NCBI GenBank assembly: GCA_043822065.1
Contig: JBDRCC010000007.1
Span: forward strand, 64,001 to 128,000
DNA: 64,000 nt
Direction of reading: 5' to 3'
Source: an archaeon
Lineage (GTDB): Archaea > Undinarchaeota > CAZHTU01 > JBDRCC01
The stretch's first letter is position 1. Every line of letters starts with the position of its first letter. Position numbers and translations under genes: made by a program. A model generated the notes under the pieces. That model ran no database searches. It worked only from the letters and a program-made list of their open reading frames with translations, and was not told the origin of the DNA. Below, piece after piece: positions 8,837-18,190 of this stretch.

Positions 8837-9799
8837 ATGGCACATTACAGCCGATTTTTCGCCTATGGGCTCGTGGCGATTGTTTTGTTAGTTTCGACCG
8901 CGACGGCATATGTGAACCCTCCAGCATGCCCGCCTGATGCCCAGTTTGGACTAAAGCCGATGGATGAGGGTCTCGCCAGCGAATCGCTTTGCCGCGGGGC
9001 GTGCGGCCCGGACTGCCCGGATACGTGCACGGATGAGCCGGATGAACAGATTTGCATTACTGACTCCTCAGACGAGTCATTCTACACATGCACCTACACT
9101 GGGATAAAGCGGTGCGGGACGCATGAGGCGTGTATCGTGCACGACGCGCGCTATGACGCGTGCGCGGAAAAGGGTGAGACCAAGCTATGCCTCGAAGGTG
9201 GCTGGTGCCACTGCCGTGCAGACTTCATGTGCGGTGTAAACTCGTGGTACTCCCCATGGAACTGCTTCTCCTGGAAGAATGGCGAGGGGCCTTACACAGG
9301 TTACCAGAAATACTACGCAAAGGTGGTCGAGGACGGGCCGTTCCCGTATTGCCCTGGGAAGGAGCCAGAGAAAATCGCAGAGGTCGTGGCAGGCGATGCA
9401 TCATGCAAAATAATCGAGAAATACACCGGCGATGTCACGGGAGTACTCCGTAATATGGGCGCCAAATACGCCAGGATTTATGAGATACGTTCATCCGGTT
9501 CCATGTCTGGCTCGGTAGGGGCTAAGATGGACCTCTCAACAGATCCGATAGTGGGCACTGCGACGCCAGCTCAGCTGGACTGTGGCGGGTGGATGAACGA
9601 CTTGTTCTCCAGCGGGTGCGTGAGGCAATCAAATTCCGCGCCTGAACTGGCAGAGTGGTCGTATACTACGAGGGCCTACGGAGAACAGGTCAATGTGAAC
9701 CCCAACCTCCAGGTAAAAGTCAATTTGAAAGCGAGCATTGATTACAAGACCATGGACGAGGCGACTGCCACAGCAACCTGCCCTGCAGTGAATTATTAG
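8837..9799 (+). CDS. Secreted Cys-rich protein with a PLA2-like CxxHDxxY motif
   Basis: Signal peptide MAHYSRFF...ATA; CRGACGPDC; CGTHEACIVHDARYDAC; start moved downstream of the tRNA. Confidence 0.75.
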   Translation: MAHYSRFFAYGLVAIVLLVSTATAYVNPPACPPDAQFGLKPMDEGLASESLCRGACGPDCPDTCTDEPDEQICITDSSDESFYTCTYTGIKRCGTHEACIVHDARYDACAEKGETKLCLEGGWCHCRADFMCGVNSWYSPWNCFSWKNGEGPYTGYQKYYAKVVEDGPFPYCPGKEPEKIAEVVAGDASCKIIEKYTGDVTGVLRNMGAKYARIYEIRSSGSMSGSVGAKMDLSTDPIVGTATPAQLDCGGWMNDLFSSGCVRQSNSAPELAEWSYTTRAYGEQVNVNPNLQVKVNLKASIDYKTMDEATATATCPAVNY

Positions 9800-9849
9800 C
9801 GTTTTATGGATGAATCTGGGTGACTTTCGTGCCGCTAACTCAACTTGCG

Positions 9850-9864
9850 CCCCCTCCGCGCCAT
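9850..9864 (+). repeat. Copy of the tRNA-Ser 3' end (attR-like)
   Basis: Identical to 8774-8788. Confidence 0.75.
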
Positions 9865-9907
9865 CTCTGTCAAAAGCTTTAATAACTGCCTCAACTGTAT
9901 CAAGTGC

Positions 9908-11080
9908 ATGGGGGTTGGTTCATCTCTCAAGGGCAACCGCTACTTTAAAATTTTTCTTATATTCCTCGGCATCTACCTTTTCCTGTGCGCCCTGACCGGA
10001 TTCAAGGACAGCTGGGTCATGGCGTTCGCAATCGGGGGGAAGGAAAGCTTCGCAAGGAAGGTTGTCGGCGGCGTTGTCCAGAACCCGTTTACAGCTCTTT
10101 TTGCAGGAATACTCGCTACATCCCTAATCCAGAGCAGCTCCGCGACGGTTGCGATAACTATTGCGATGGTCGCGGCAGGCGGCATTACCATTGCCGAGTC
10201 AGTTCCACTCATCATGGGCGCAAACATCGGCACCACTGTGACGATGACTCTCGTAAGCATGGCATATGCCTTCCGGAAGCAGGAATTCTCAAAGGTAGTC
10301 CCAGCCGCCCTTGTTGACGACTTGTTCAAGTTCTTCAACGTAGCAATATTCTTCGCTTTGGAGCTCACGACGCATGTGCTAAGCAGGACCGCCGCGTACA
10401 TCTCGCAGTTCTTGGGCGCCCTTCCCCTCTTTGGGGAGTTCCTCAGCCTCTTCCCCGACTTTGTTGACATCCTGACCGCGCCAATCGTCGGCCCGATGTC
10501 TGGCGCCATCGCCGGTGCATTGGGCGAAACCCCCCTTTCCGCACTTGCTCTTGGCATCGCCTCGTTTATGCTCCTGGCGTACGGGCTGAAAGTAATGTCA
10601 GACTCTGTCCGGGACCTCACTGAGTCGCAGGCGGACCACTTGCTGAAAAAGGCATTCAAGAATCCTCGGCGGAGCCTTGCCGTCGGATTTTCGCTCTGCT
10701 GGATACTGCAGTCCAGCTCGGTCGCAACTTCCTTGATTGTCCCGTTTGTCGCAGCAGGGCTCGTTAAGGTGAAGGATGTCTACCACTACGCCATGGGCGC
10801 AGCGCTTGGAACGACCTGCGACGCCGGGCAGATTATTTCCTACTTGAAATTCGGGCTAATCGGGCTTGGCGTCGGCCTCGTCCACGTCCTCCTCAACCTT
10901 TTTGGCATTATCATATTCTCTTTCGTGCCAGTCCTGAAAGACCTTCCCATATTGGTCGCCGAAAAAATAGGGGATAGCATCGCCCGCTCCAAGCAGGGCG
11001 CGCTGCTTTTCATTATCCTGGTTGTGGCGGTTTTTTATATACTGCCGCTATTAGTGATATTTATTGGAGGGGGACTATGA
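9908..11080 (+). CDS. Na+/phosphate symporter (NptA/SLC34 family)
   Basis: Two QSSS repeats, IMGANIGTT, multiple TM helices. Confidence 0.92.
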   Translation: MGVGSSLKGNRYFKIFLIFLGIYLFLCALTGFKDSWVMAFAIGGKESFARKVVGGVVQNPFTALFAGILATSLIQSSSATVAITIAMVAAGGITIAESVPLIMGANIGTTVTMTLVSMAYAFRKQEFSKVVPAALVDDLFKFFNVAIFFALELTTHVLSRTAAYISQFLGALPLFGEFLSLFPDFVDILTAPIVGPMSGAIAGALGETPLSALALGIASFMLLAYGLKVMSDSVRDLTESQADHLLKKAFKNPRRSLAVGFSLCWILQSSSVATSLIVPFVAAGLVKVKDVYHYAMGAALGTTCDAGQIISYLKFGLIGLGVGLVHVLLNLFGIIIFSFVPVLKDLPILVAEKIGDSIARSKQGALLFIILVVAVFYILPLLVIFIGGGL

Positions 11081-11724
11081 GCTTTTCAGAAATAGTGAGG
11101 ATGGTCAAGAGCAATACATTCCTATCGGAGGCGCTTGAGTCCTCAAAGATCATGCACACAAAAGTGCTGGAGATGATTGAGGACAGCTGGAAAGCGGTCG
11201 AGACTGGGGATAAGAAGCTCGCAGACGGCGTTATTGGCAGGGACGATGAGATCGATAACTTGGACAGGAAGATCCGCACTAATGTCCTTAACTACCTCTC
11301 CTCCATGCCAAAGGGCGGAAACGTGGCGCTTTCGCTCATACTTATCGACATATCGACCTACCTTGAGCGGACTGCGGACCACGCAGTCTGGATTGCAGAG
11401 GCTGCCCGCAGGTCTCCTCACCTGAGTGAGGGCCCATACAAAAAGAAGCTTCTCCAGCTCAAAGGTCTTGTCGTGAAAGTCGGCAACGGCGCAAAAGTCG
11501 CCTTCAAGGAGAGCGACCCCGAGAAAGCCAAGGCAGTGCTCCAGGACGTAGAAACGTCCAAACGGCTTTTCTTTGAGATTGTCGACGCGCTCCGCGAGGA
11601 CAAGAAGATTTCAACTTCACAGGCAATCTACAAATGGACCATCGCCCAGGAGCTGAGGCGCATGACGCAGTATGCGAAGAATATCGCGCTTAACGTTCTG
11701 GAGCCTTATCCGGACGCGAAGTAA
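11077..11724 (+). CDS. phoU: PhoU-family phosphate regulator
   Basis: DDEID...LERTADHA PhoU repeat; coupled to the symporter by an ATGA overlap. Confidence 0.88.
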   Translation: MSFSEIVRMVKSNTFLSEALESSKIMHTKVLEMIEDSWKAVETGDKKLADGVIGRDDEIDNLDRKIRTNVLNYLSSMPKGGNVALSLILIDISTYLERTADHAVWIAEAARRSPHLSEGPYKKKLLQLKGLVVKVGNGAKVAFKESDPEKAKAVLQDVETSKRLFFEIVDALREDKKISTSQAIYKWTIAQELRRMTQYAKNIALNVLEPYPDAK

Positions 11725-12450
11725 TCAGGCGAGGCTTTCGGCAAATTTTGCCAGTGCAGAGAACACCGCAGTCTTTTCCAGCTTGGCAGCGTCGCCCAAG
11801 GAAGCCTCAATCTCCGGGTCGTAGGGAATCGCTCCAATCTGTGTTACTCCAGTCTCTCTGCAGAGCGCGCTTACAATAGCTGCTTCCCCGCAGGACATAT
11901 TTTCCGCAATTCCCAAGATGCTTATGCGTTCGCTCTTTAGGAGCCCGATAACCTTTCTCGCAGTTTCCGCTGCAAGCTTGGAGTTCATTGTAAGTATAAG
12001 GAACTCTGCGCCCTTAAGGTAGCGGACGACGTCAAGCATAGCGTCCCCAAGCCCCGGCGGCATGTCGATTATCAGGTAGTCGAGCTCGCCCCATTTGGTT
12101 ATTGCAAGCAGCTCGACAATTGCGTTTGTGACGTCTTCGCCCCTGAATGGCGACGGCGTGCCTCTGGCGTAGTAGTTAATCGTCATATATTCTATGCCCT
12201 TGAACTTAGGCGGTATAACCCCATTCTTCTCTTCCGGAAACAGTCCCTTCGCCCCAAGCACAAGGTGGGTTGACGGGCTCGTCAGGTCAAGGTCAAGCAG
12301 GCCGACCCGTTTCCCGCCCTTCGCAAGCGCGAGCGCAAGGGTCGAGGCGACCACGCTTTTCCCGATTCCGCCCTTGCCCCCTGAAACCGCTATAATCCGC
12401 TTGACATCTTCCAGGTTATTTCCTATTATCGCCTCTCTTGGGTCAATCAT
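11725..12450 (-). CDS. Mrp/NBP35 ATPase (ATPase-type HypB partner)
   Basis: SGGKGGIGKS, DLD, DMPPG, ENMS; coupled to hypA; start 12450. Confidence 0.9.
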   Translation of the reverse strand: MIDPREAIIGNNLEDVKRIIAVSGGKGGIGKSVVASTLALALAKGGKRVGLLDLDLTSPSTHLVLGAKGLFPEEKNGVIPPKFKGIEYMTINYYARGTPSPFRGEDVTNAIVELLAITKWGELDYLIIDMPPGLGDAMLDVVRYLKGAEFLILTMNSKLAAETARKVIGLLKSERISILGIAENMSCGEAAIVSALCRETGVTQIGAIPYDPEIEASLGDAAKLEKTAVFSALAKFAESLA

Positions 12451-12860
12451 TTTGTCCCCTTTATCGACAAGACAGAGACTCCCCTGCCGCCGATGACCTC
12501 GAAATCGTGGCTTCCGCATTTTGGGCACTTCATGAATGCGTGCGCCATCTCCGGGATGAAGTGGATTGCTTCGGATATCTCTTCCCCCATTTCGCCCTTA
12601 ATCCCCTTTGGCGACCACACCTTCTGGCAGTTCCTACACTTCATGGATGCGCCCTTCTGCCGAATTGTGATTTTGGTCTTCTTCGTCACTTTGCTCTCAG
12701 GGCGGATTCCCTGGGTTATGGCAAACCGGAATGTCTCTGTGCTTATCTGCTGGAGCTTGCCGAGCTCGACAGCAATCTTCGTGATCCTCTTCAGCCCTTT
12801 CTTTTCCGCAAAATCGTCCGCAGTCCTTACGACCGCTTCTGCCAGCGCCCATTCGTGCAT
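12447..12860 (-). CDS. hypA: Hydrogenase nickel chaperone HypA
   Basis: N-terminal MHE Ni motif; CRNC and CPKC; IHFIPE insertion. Confidence 0.95.
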   Translation of the reverse strand: MHEWALAEAVVRTADDFAEKKGLKRITKIAVELGKLQQISTETFRFAITQGIRPESKVTKKTKITIRQKGASMKCRNCQKVWSPKGIKGEMGEEISEAIHFIPEMAHAFMKCPKCGSHDFEVIGGRGVSVLSIKGTK

Positions 12861-12938
12861 GCAGAGTATCAGACGCCCCAAATTTAAACGTTTACTGCCG
12901 TCAAAAGGTTCATATACCGAGCCGCCAAAAATATTTAT

Positions 12939-14375
12939 ATGGATATCAAGCTGCTCAAAACGGACGAAAGCCGTGTCGCGTACATGATTTTCCGCGATTA
13001 CCTGTCTGGCACGGACGAGCAGGTTCTTGACGAGATTATCCGCAAGATGAAGGATATTGCTGTCCTTAACTCGCAGGGCGTCTTCACACTCTCGAAAGCG
13101 CTTCTTGTGGACATAGGGCTCGAAATTAATGTGGAAACGCGGAAGCTGCTTTCGCAGCAGGTGCTGACAATTAGGTTTTTGTCTGATGAGAACCTCCCTG
13201 ACGAGAACAATAAAATCCGCATCCAGCTTGTCAGGCGGCTGATTGAATTCTATTCAAAGTACTCTCCAGTTGCCTCCGATAGCGAAAATGCAGATGTTAC
13301 GGCGGCGATACAGAAGCATTTCAAGACGATCAAGAAAATCACCGACTACCTGATGGGGGAAGTGCACAAGGACGAGCGCCCGGAGCTCCTAGTGGAGCTT
13401 GCAAGGGCGCACCTTGCGATGGCGAACTGGTACCGGCGCCTGGAGGACTACGAGAACGTCGACGAGCAGACAGAAGCCGCTCTTGAGGACATGTGCGGCC
13501 AGCACAGCGACGTCCTGTTCGACATAACCCGCACGAGAGGCGTTGCACTTTGGAGGCTTGGCAGGCACAAGGAGGCAAAAACCGCCTTTGAAGGCTGCCT
13601 GAAGCTCGCCGAGAGCGGGCTCTTCAAAGGCAAAGAGCAGAAAAAGAGGATACAGCAGGCGGCAGGGAGCCTTGGAAACGTCCTTGTCGATCTTGGCGAG
13701 CATAACGACGCTGTCAAGAACCTTCTCAAATCGCTCATTATGATACAGGACCTTGGCACCCCCACTGACCTATGCATGGCATATAACAACGTCGGCACAG
13801 CTTATGATGACATGGACGATTCAGAATATGCCCAGCTGGACGAGAAGTTTAAGGCGGAGGGGACAAAGTGGCGCGATGCGATACATTACTACGAACTGGG
13901 GATAAAAGTCGCTGGCAAGCCGTCCGAGGGCGACAAGGCTGCAAACGACTCACTATGCAGGATACTTGCAAACGCGGCAAGGGCGTACGCCCAGAGCGGC
14001 GCGGCAAACTGCCAGCCGCAGGCGTATAAACTACTCACTCACGCAGACGAGATATACAAAAAAGGTTTGACACTCGGCAGCCACGAGCTTAAGTCGATAA
14101 TACTCTACGGTTGGGGCATCCATTACTACGTCCGCGGAAAGGAGCGGCACGGGGATGCTGAGAAGCGCTTCAAGGACAGCCTCAAGGAACTGGAGGGCAC
14201 AGGCGCGCTGGACTACAAAGCAAGGAGCCATGAGTTCCTTGGAATCCTCTACGAGAAAAAGGGTCAGCTTGGGAACGCCAAAGACGCCTATCAGGAGGCG
14301 TTAGAGCTGTATCAAAAGACGCACCAGGCGCGCAGGATTGCAAAGCTCAAGACCACCCTCGACAGGCTCGGCTAA
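12939..14375 (+). CDS. TPR-repeat protein
   Basis: Repeated helical motifs such as AYNNVGTAY and LGILYEKKGQLGNAKDAYQEAL. Confidence 0.8.
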   Translation: MDIKLLKTDESRVAYMIFRDYLSGTDEQVLDEIIRKMKDIAVLNSQGVFTLSKALLVDIGLEINVETRKLLSQQVLTIRFLSDENLPDENNKIRIQLVRRLIEFYSKYSPVASDSENADVTAAIQKHFKTIKKITDYLMGEVHKDERPELLVELARAHLAMANWYRRLEDYENVDEQTEAALEDMCGQHSDVLFDITRTRGVALWRLGRHKEAKTAFEGCLKLAESGLFKGKEQKKRIQQAAGSLGNVLVDLGEHNDAVKNLLKSLIMIQDLGTPTDLCMAYNNVGTAYDDMDDSEYAQLDEKFKAEGTKWRDAIHYYELGIKVAGKPSEGDKAANDSLCRILANAARAYAQSGAANCQPQAYKLLTHADEIYKKGLTLGSHELKSIILYGWGIHYYVRGKERHGDAEKRFKDSLKELEGTGALDYKARSHEFLGILYEKKGQLGNAKDAYQEALELYQKTHQARRIAKLKTTLDRLG

Positions 14376-14384
14376 TCTAAACCT

Positions 14385-14490
14385 TTATAAACCCCGTATC
14401 CTAATATATCCGCACAAGCGCCGCCGGAAGGCGACCAATTGTGCGAGGACGCAATCCTAATTGTCCTGTCCTCTGCGCTTGTTTGACTCA
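14385..14490 (+). promoter_or_regulatory. Promoter and structured 5' leader of the S13-S4-S11-rpoD operon
   Basis: TTTATAAA at about 14385-14392; about 80-nt leader with several complementary segments. Confidence 0.55.
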
Positions 14491-15111
14491 ATGGCTGAAT
14501 CTAAAGCACCTGAGAAGCAGATGAAAGAAGCTAAGCCCCAGGCGAAGCCGCAGGAGAAGCAGGCAAGGGAGCAAAAGCCCCAGGCCAAGGAAAACCTGGA
14601 CCCTAATTTTAACCAGATAATCCGCGTAGCTGGCGTCGACCTCGACGGGCACAAGAGGCTAAAGCGCGCCCTTAGGAAAATAATGGGTGTAAACCACCAG
14701 ATGTCACACGCCATAGTCTATCTCGCAGGGATCGGCGACAAGAAAGCGGGATATATCACTCCAGCTGAAGTCCAGAAGATTGAAGACATTATTCAGGATC
14801 CAGTCAAGAACGGGATGCCGGTATGGATGCTCAACCGCAGGAAAGACTACGAGACCGGCAAAGACATCCACCTCAGCGGGCTGTTCATATCCTCCAGCAA
14901 GAGAAACGACCTTAACAGGCTCCAGAAAATAAAGTCCTACCGCGGCCTGCGCCATGCAGTCGGGCTGAAAGTAAGGGGGCAGAGGACACGCTCCACTGGA
15001 CGGGGCAAGACCACAATCGGAGTCATAAGGGTCAAGACTAAGCCGGGCGCACCGCCCGCAAAGGCAGCCAAACCGGGCAAACCGGCCAAGCCGACCAAGG
15101 CGGCTAAGTAA
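14491..15111 (+). CDS. rps13: 30S ribosomal protein uS13 with low-complexity N- and C-terminal extensions
   Basis: WMLNRRKDYETG, SYRGLRH..GLKVRGQRTRSTGR. Confidence 0.97.
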   Translation: MAESKAPEKQMKEAKPQAKPQEKQAREQKPQAKENLDPNFNQIIRVAGVDLDGHKRLKRALRKIMGVNHQMSHAIVYLAGIGDKKAGYITPAEVQKIEDIIQDPVKNGMPVWMLNRRKDYETGKDIHLSGLFISSSKRNDLNRLQKIKSYRGLRHAVGLKVRGQRTRSTGRGKTTIGVIRVKTKPGAPPAKAAKPGKPAKPTKAAK

Positions 15112-15116
15112 CCAAA

Positions 15117-15758
15117 ATGGGAGATCCAAAAAGAAGCAGGAAAAAATACTCAACTCCGCCGCACCCGTGGCAGGCTGAGCGGCTTTTGGCAGAAGCCAAA
15201 CTCTTGAAGTCATACGGCTTAAAGAGCAAGCACGAGCTTTGGAAGCACAAGACCCAGCTGGACAGATACCGCGAGCGCGCAAGGAAAATCGCAAGCATGA
15301 GGGGCGACCAGGGCGAGAGGCTCAAGAAGGAGCTCTTCTCAAAACTTACTACAATCGGCATCCTAAAAAAGCCGGAGCCGACGCTCGATGATGTCCGGAC
15401 ACTCAGTGTGGATGACTTCCTCAACAGGAGGCTCCAGACCTTCGTTTTTAGGAACGGGATGGCGTTCTCCCAGAAGCAGGCAAGGCAGTTCATAGTCCAC
15501 GGCCATATCACTGTTGGCCCAAACACAGTTTCAATCCCAAGCTACACAGTCTCAAAAGGCGAGGAAAGCCAAATAACGTTCAATCCGAACGGCAAGGTGC
15601 AGAAGGGGCACGCAGCAGTGCCTGCCGTCGTGAAGCACGAAGAGAAAAAATCGGGAAAGGCAGACGCTTCAAAGGCAGCGAAGAAGCTTGACGAAGTTGT
15701 CGAGACCGAAAAAGTGCTTGACAAGATAGCCGAAGTTGTGGAGGAGACCAATGAGTAG
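15117..15758 (+). CDS. rps4: 30S ribosomal protein uS4
   Basis: [31 protein letters not shown]. Confidence 0.97.
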   Translation: MGDPKRSRKKYSTPPHPWQAERLLAEAKLLKSYGLKSKHELWKHKTQLDRYRERARKIASMRGDQGERLKKELFSKLTTIGILKKPEPTLDDVRTLSVDDFLNRRLQTFVFRNGMAFSQKQARQFIVHGHITVGPNTVSIPSYTVSKGEESQITFNPNGKVQKGHAAVPAVVKHEEKKSGKADASKAAKKLDEVVETEKVLDKIAEVVEETNE

Positions 15759-16146
15759 TCCGAAGGAGCGCTGGGGCATAGCCCACGTATTCGCGTCATT
15801 CAACGACACGATAATCACAATAACCGACATCAGCGGCGCCGAGACAATAGCAAGGTTCTCGGGCGGCATGATGGTCCGCTCCGACAGGGAGGAGTCCTCC
15901 CCGTACGCAGCAATGCAGGCAGCCCAGAGGGCAGCCGACGTTGCAAAAGAGCGCGGAATAACATGCATGAACGTAAAAGTCAGGGCGCCGGGCGGCCACC
16001 TTTCAAGGAGCCCAGGACCTGGGGCGCAGGCGACCATACGCGCACTCTCGCGCGCAGGCATAAAAATCGGCAAAATTGACGACGTCACTCCGATACCGCA
16101 CGACACTACCAAGGCGCCGGGCGGAAAGAGGGGGCGCAGGGTATGA
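15751..16146 (+). CDS. rps11: 30S ribosomal protein uS11
   Basis: [36 protein letters not shown]. Confidence 0.97.
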   Translation: MSSPKERWGIAHVFASFNDTIITITDISGAETIARFSGGMMVRSDREESSPYAAMQAAQRAADVAKERGITCMNVKVRAPGGHLSRSPGPGAQATIRALSRAGIKIGKIDDVTPIPHDTTKAPGGKRGRRV

Positions 16147-16739
16147 AGATAAAAATCCTCGACCAGTCGGACACGAAAATAAGCTTCCAGCTTGAAGGCG
16201 CCACAACCGCGTTCGCAAACGCCCTCCGCCGGACGATGATTGCTTATGTCCCGACTTATGCTATAGATACTGTAGTGTTTGTCCAGAACTCCTCCATCCT
16301 CTACGACGAGATAGTTGCCCACCGGCTCGGGCTGATACCCCTCAAGACCGACCTTTCAGCCGACCTACTGCTCTCCAAGAAGACCCAAACAGTCAAGTTC
16401 ACCTTAGACAAAAAAGGCCCGTGTACGGTTTACTCCGCTGATCTGAAGACAAAGGACAAGGTTGTCAAGCCGGTGTACGAAAAGATGCCCATAGCAATGC
16501 TTGGCGCGGGGCATTCGCTTACCTTCGAGGCAGAGGCAATCCTTGGGATAGGAAAGGACCACGCCAAGTGGCAGCCGACCACAGTCTGCTACTACACCCA
16601 GCTGGAGGGCAAGAAGGACACATTCATATTCACCGTTGAAACATCCGGAGCACTTCCTCCGGAGAAGGTGGTGAAAACAGCCTCAAAGATACTCGAGCAG
16701 AAGGCAAAGGACTTTGAGTCTGCGATGAAGGAGCTATAA
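16143..16739 (+). CDS. rpoD: RNA polymerase subunit D (Rpo3), short form
   Basis: [37 protein letters not shown]. Confidence 0.96.
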   Translation: MKIKILDQSDTKISFQLEGATTAFANALRRTMIAYVPTYAIDTVVFVQNSSILYDEIVAHRLGLIPLKTDLSADLLLSKKTQTVKFTLDKKGPCTVYSADLKTKDKVVKPVYEKMPIAMLGAGHSLTFEAEAILGIGKDHAKWQPTTVCYYTQLEGKKDTFIFTVETSGALPPEKVVKTASKILEQKAKDFESAMKEL

Positions 16740-16746
16740 CTGCCGT

Positions 16747-16830
16747 GCGGGGGTTCCCGAGCGGCCAAAGGGGCAGGGCTTAGGACCCTGTGGCTTAGTG
16801 CCTTCGCGAGTTCGAATCTCGTCTCCCGCA
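16747..16830 (+). tRNA. tRNA-Leu (TAG)
   Basis: CAGGG-CTTAGGA-CCCTG; long variable arm; usual position after rpoD. Confidence 0.96.
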
Positions 16831-16849
16831 TCCTTCAAAAAAACAGAAA

Positions 16850-17212
16850 ATGAAACCGACTGGACCAACAAACCCGGAAACAAAGAAGCTTGTTGAAGAG
16901 CTTGCCCAGCTTGGCAGAGACAGCAAGGTAAAGCTTTGGGCAGACCTATCCAGGCGCATCATAGTCTCAAGGCGCAGCAGGCCAGTGGTTAACCTCAGCA
17001 AGCTACAACGGTTTTATAACAAGGACGAGACAATAGTCGTCCCAGGCAAGGTCCTCGGCTCCGGCCAGCTGACTAGCAAGGTCAACGTTGCGGCGCTTGA
17101 GTTTTCCGGCTCCGCGGCTGAAAAGATAAAAGCAGCCGGCGGAAGCGCAATGACAATTCCGGAGCTTGCGAAGTCCAAAAAGGACGGAAAAAGAATCAGG
17201 ATAATAAAATGA
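16850..17212 (+). CDS. rpl18e: 50S ribosomal protein eL18
   Basis: TNP, VNLSKL, VVPGKVLGSG. Confidence 0.96.
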   Translation: MKPTGPTNPETKKLVEELAQLGRDSKVKLWADLSRRIIVSRRSRPVVNLSKLQRFYNKDETIVVPGKVLGSGQLTSKVNVAALEFSGSAAEKIKAAGGSAMTIPELAKSKKDGKRIRIIK

Positions 17213-17799
17213 GCGAACAAAAAGCAGAGCCACAAAAGCAGAAGCCTGCAGAGGCTAAGCCAGAAGCTAAAGGGGCTAAGCCAGCCGCAGCCCCAGCTCA
17301 GCCAAAGCCCGCTGCCGCAAAGCAGGAGAAAGCTGCAGCGCCAAGGCAGAAGCGGCAGAAGTTCCCGTTTGACCAGAACTCTGTCCTCCTCGATGCTTCC
17401 GACGCAGTTTTGGGCAGGCTTGCATCCGTTGCTGCCAAGAAGGCTTTGGACGGGAAGAAGGTTTTCATAATCAACGCCGAGAACGCGATAATCTCCGGCG
17501 ACAGGTACAAGACGCTTGCGATGTGGAAATTCCTCCGCGGCGAAATCGGCAGCAGGTACCACGGGCCGTATTTCCCACGGCGCCCGGACATGTTTGTCCG
17601 GAGGTCAATCCGCGGAATGCTCCCCTGGAAGCGCTCGCGCGGAAGGGACGCATACCGCCGCATACGCGTGTACATCGGGGTGCCTGACGAGCTGCAGGGG
17701 AAAGTGGCAGCCAAGCCGGATGCAATCCTTGACAACCTCGGGACACTGAGGTTCGCGCGCATAGGCCCGCTCTGCAAGCAGCTGGGGTGGAAGCAATGA
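17209..17799 (+). CDS. rpl13: 50S ribosomal protein uL13 with a K/A/P-rich N-terminal extension
   Basis: LGRLAS..AK, GPYFPRRPD, IRGMLP. Confidence 0.96.
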   Translation: MSEQKAEPQKQKPAEAKPEAKGAKPAAAPAQPKPAAAKQEKAAAPRQKRQKFPFDQNSVLLDASDAVLGRLASVAAKKALDGKKVFIINAENAIISGDRYKTLAMWKFLRGEIGSRYHGPYFPRRPDMFVRRSIRGMLPWKRSRGRDAYRRIRVYIGVPDELQGKVAAKPDAILDNLGTLRFARIGPLCKQLGWKQ

Positions 17800-18188
17800 T
17801 ATTTACTGGAAAACGGAAGAAATCAATAGCCCGCGCATCAGTCACGAAGGGCAGCGGCTTGGTAAGGGTTAACTCCCTGCCATTGCAGCTGTATATGCCT
17901 GACCTCGAGCGCCTCCGCATGCAGGAGCCACTCATACTCGCCGGCGAAGATGTCATAAACAAGCTCGAAATCAACGTCATCGTCACTGGCGGCGGAATAA
18001 GCGGCCAGACCGATGCGGCTCGGACTGCAATCGCCAAGGCGATTGTCGGCTTCACAAAAAACGAGGTCGTAAAGAAGCAGTTCAAGGAGTATGACAGGAG
18101 CCTGCTCGTAAGCGATATGAGGGGCAAGGAAACCTCAAAGCCGGGCGGCCACGGCGCAAGGAACAGGAGACAGAAGAGCTACAGGTAA
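17796..18188 (+). CDS. rps9: 30S ribosomal protein uS9
   Basis: [23 protein letters not shown]-terminus. Confidence 0.96.
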   Translation: MIFTGKRKKSIARASVTKGSGLVRVNSLPLQLYMPDLERLRMQEPLILAGEDVINKLEINVIVTGGGISGQTDAARTAIAKAIVGFTKNEVVKKQFKEYDRSLLVSDMRGKETSKPGGHGARNRRQKSYR

Positions 18189-18190
18189 AG

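Larger units (their letters stand above)
8774..9864. mobile_element. Integrase-less single-gene cassette at the tRNA-Ser 3' end, bounded by a 15-bp direct repeat (attL/attR-like)
   Basis: CCCCCTCCGCGCCAT at 8774-8788 and 9850-9864. Confidence 0.65.

Noticed and set aside
14422-14433. GGAA-tetraloop hairpin as SRP RNA helix 8
   Set aside because: Lacks the CAGG/AGCA internal loop, and the region is far too short for 7S RNA
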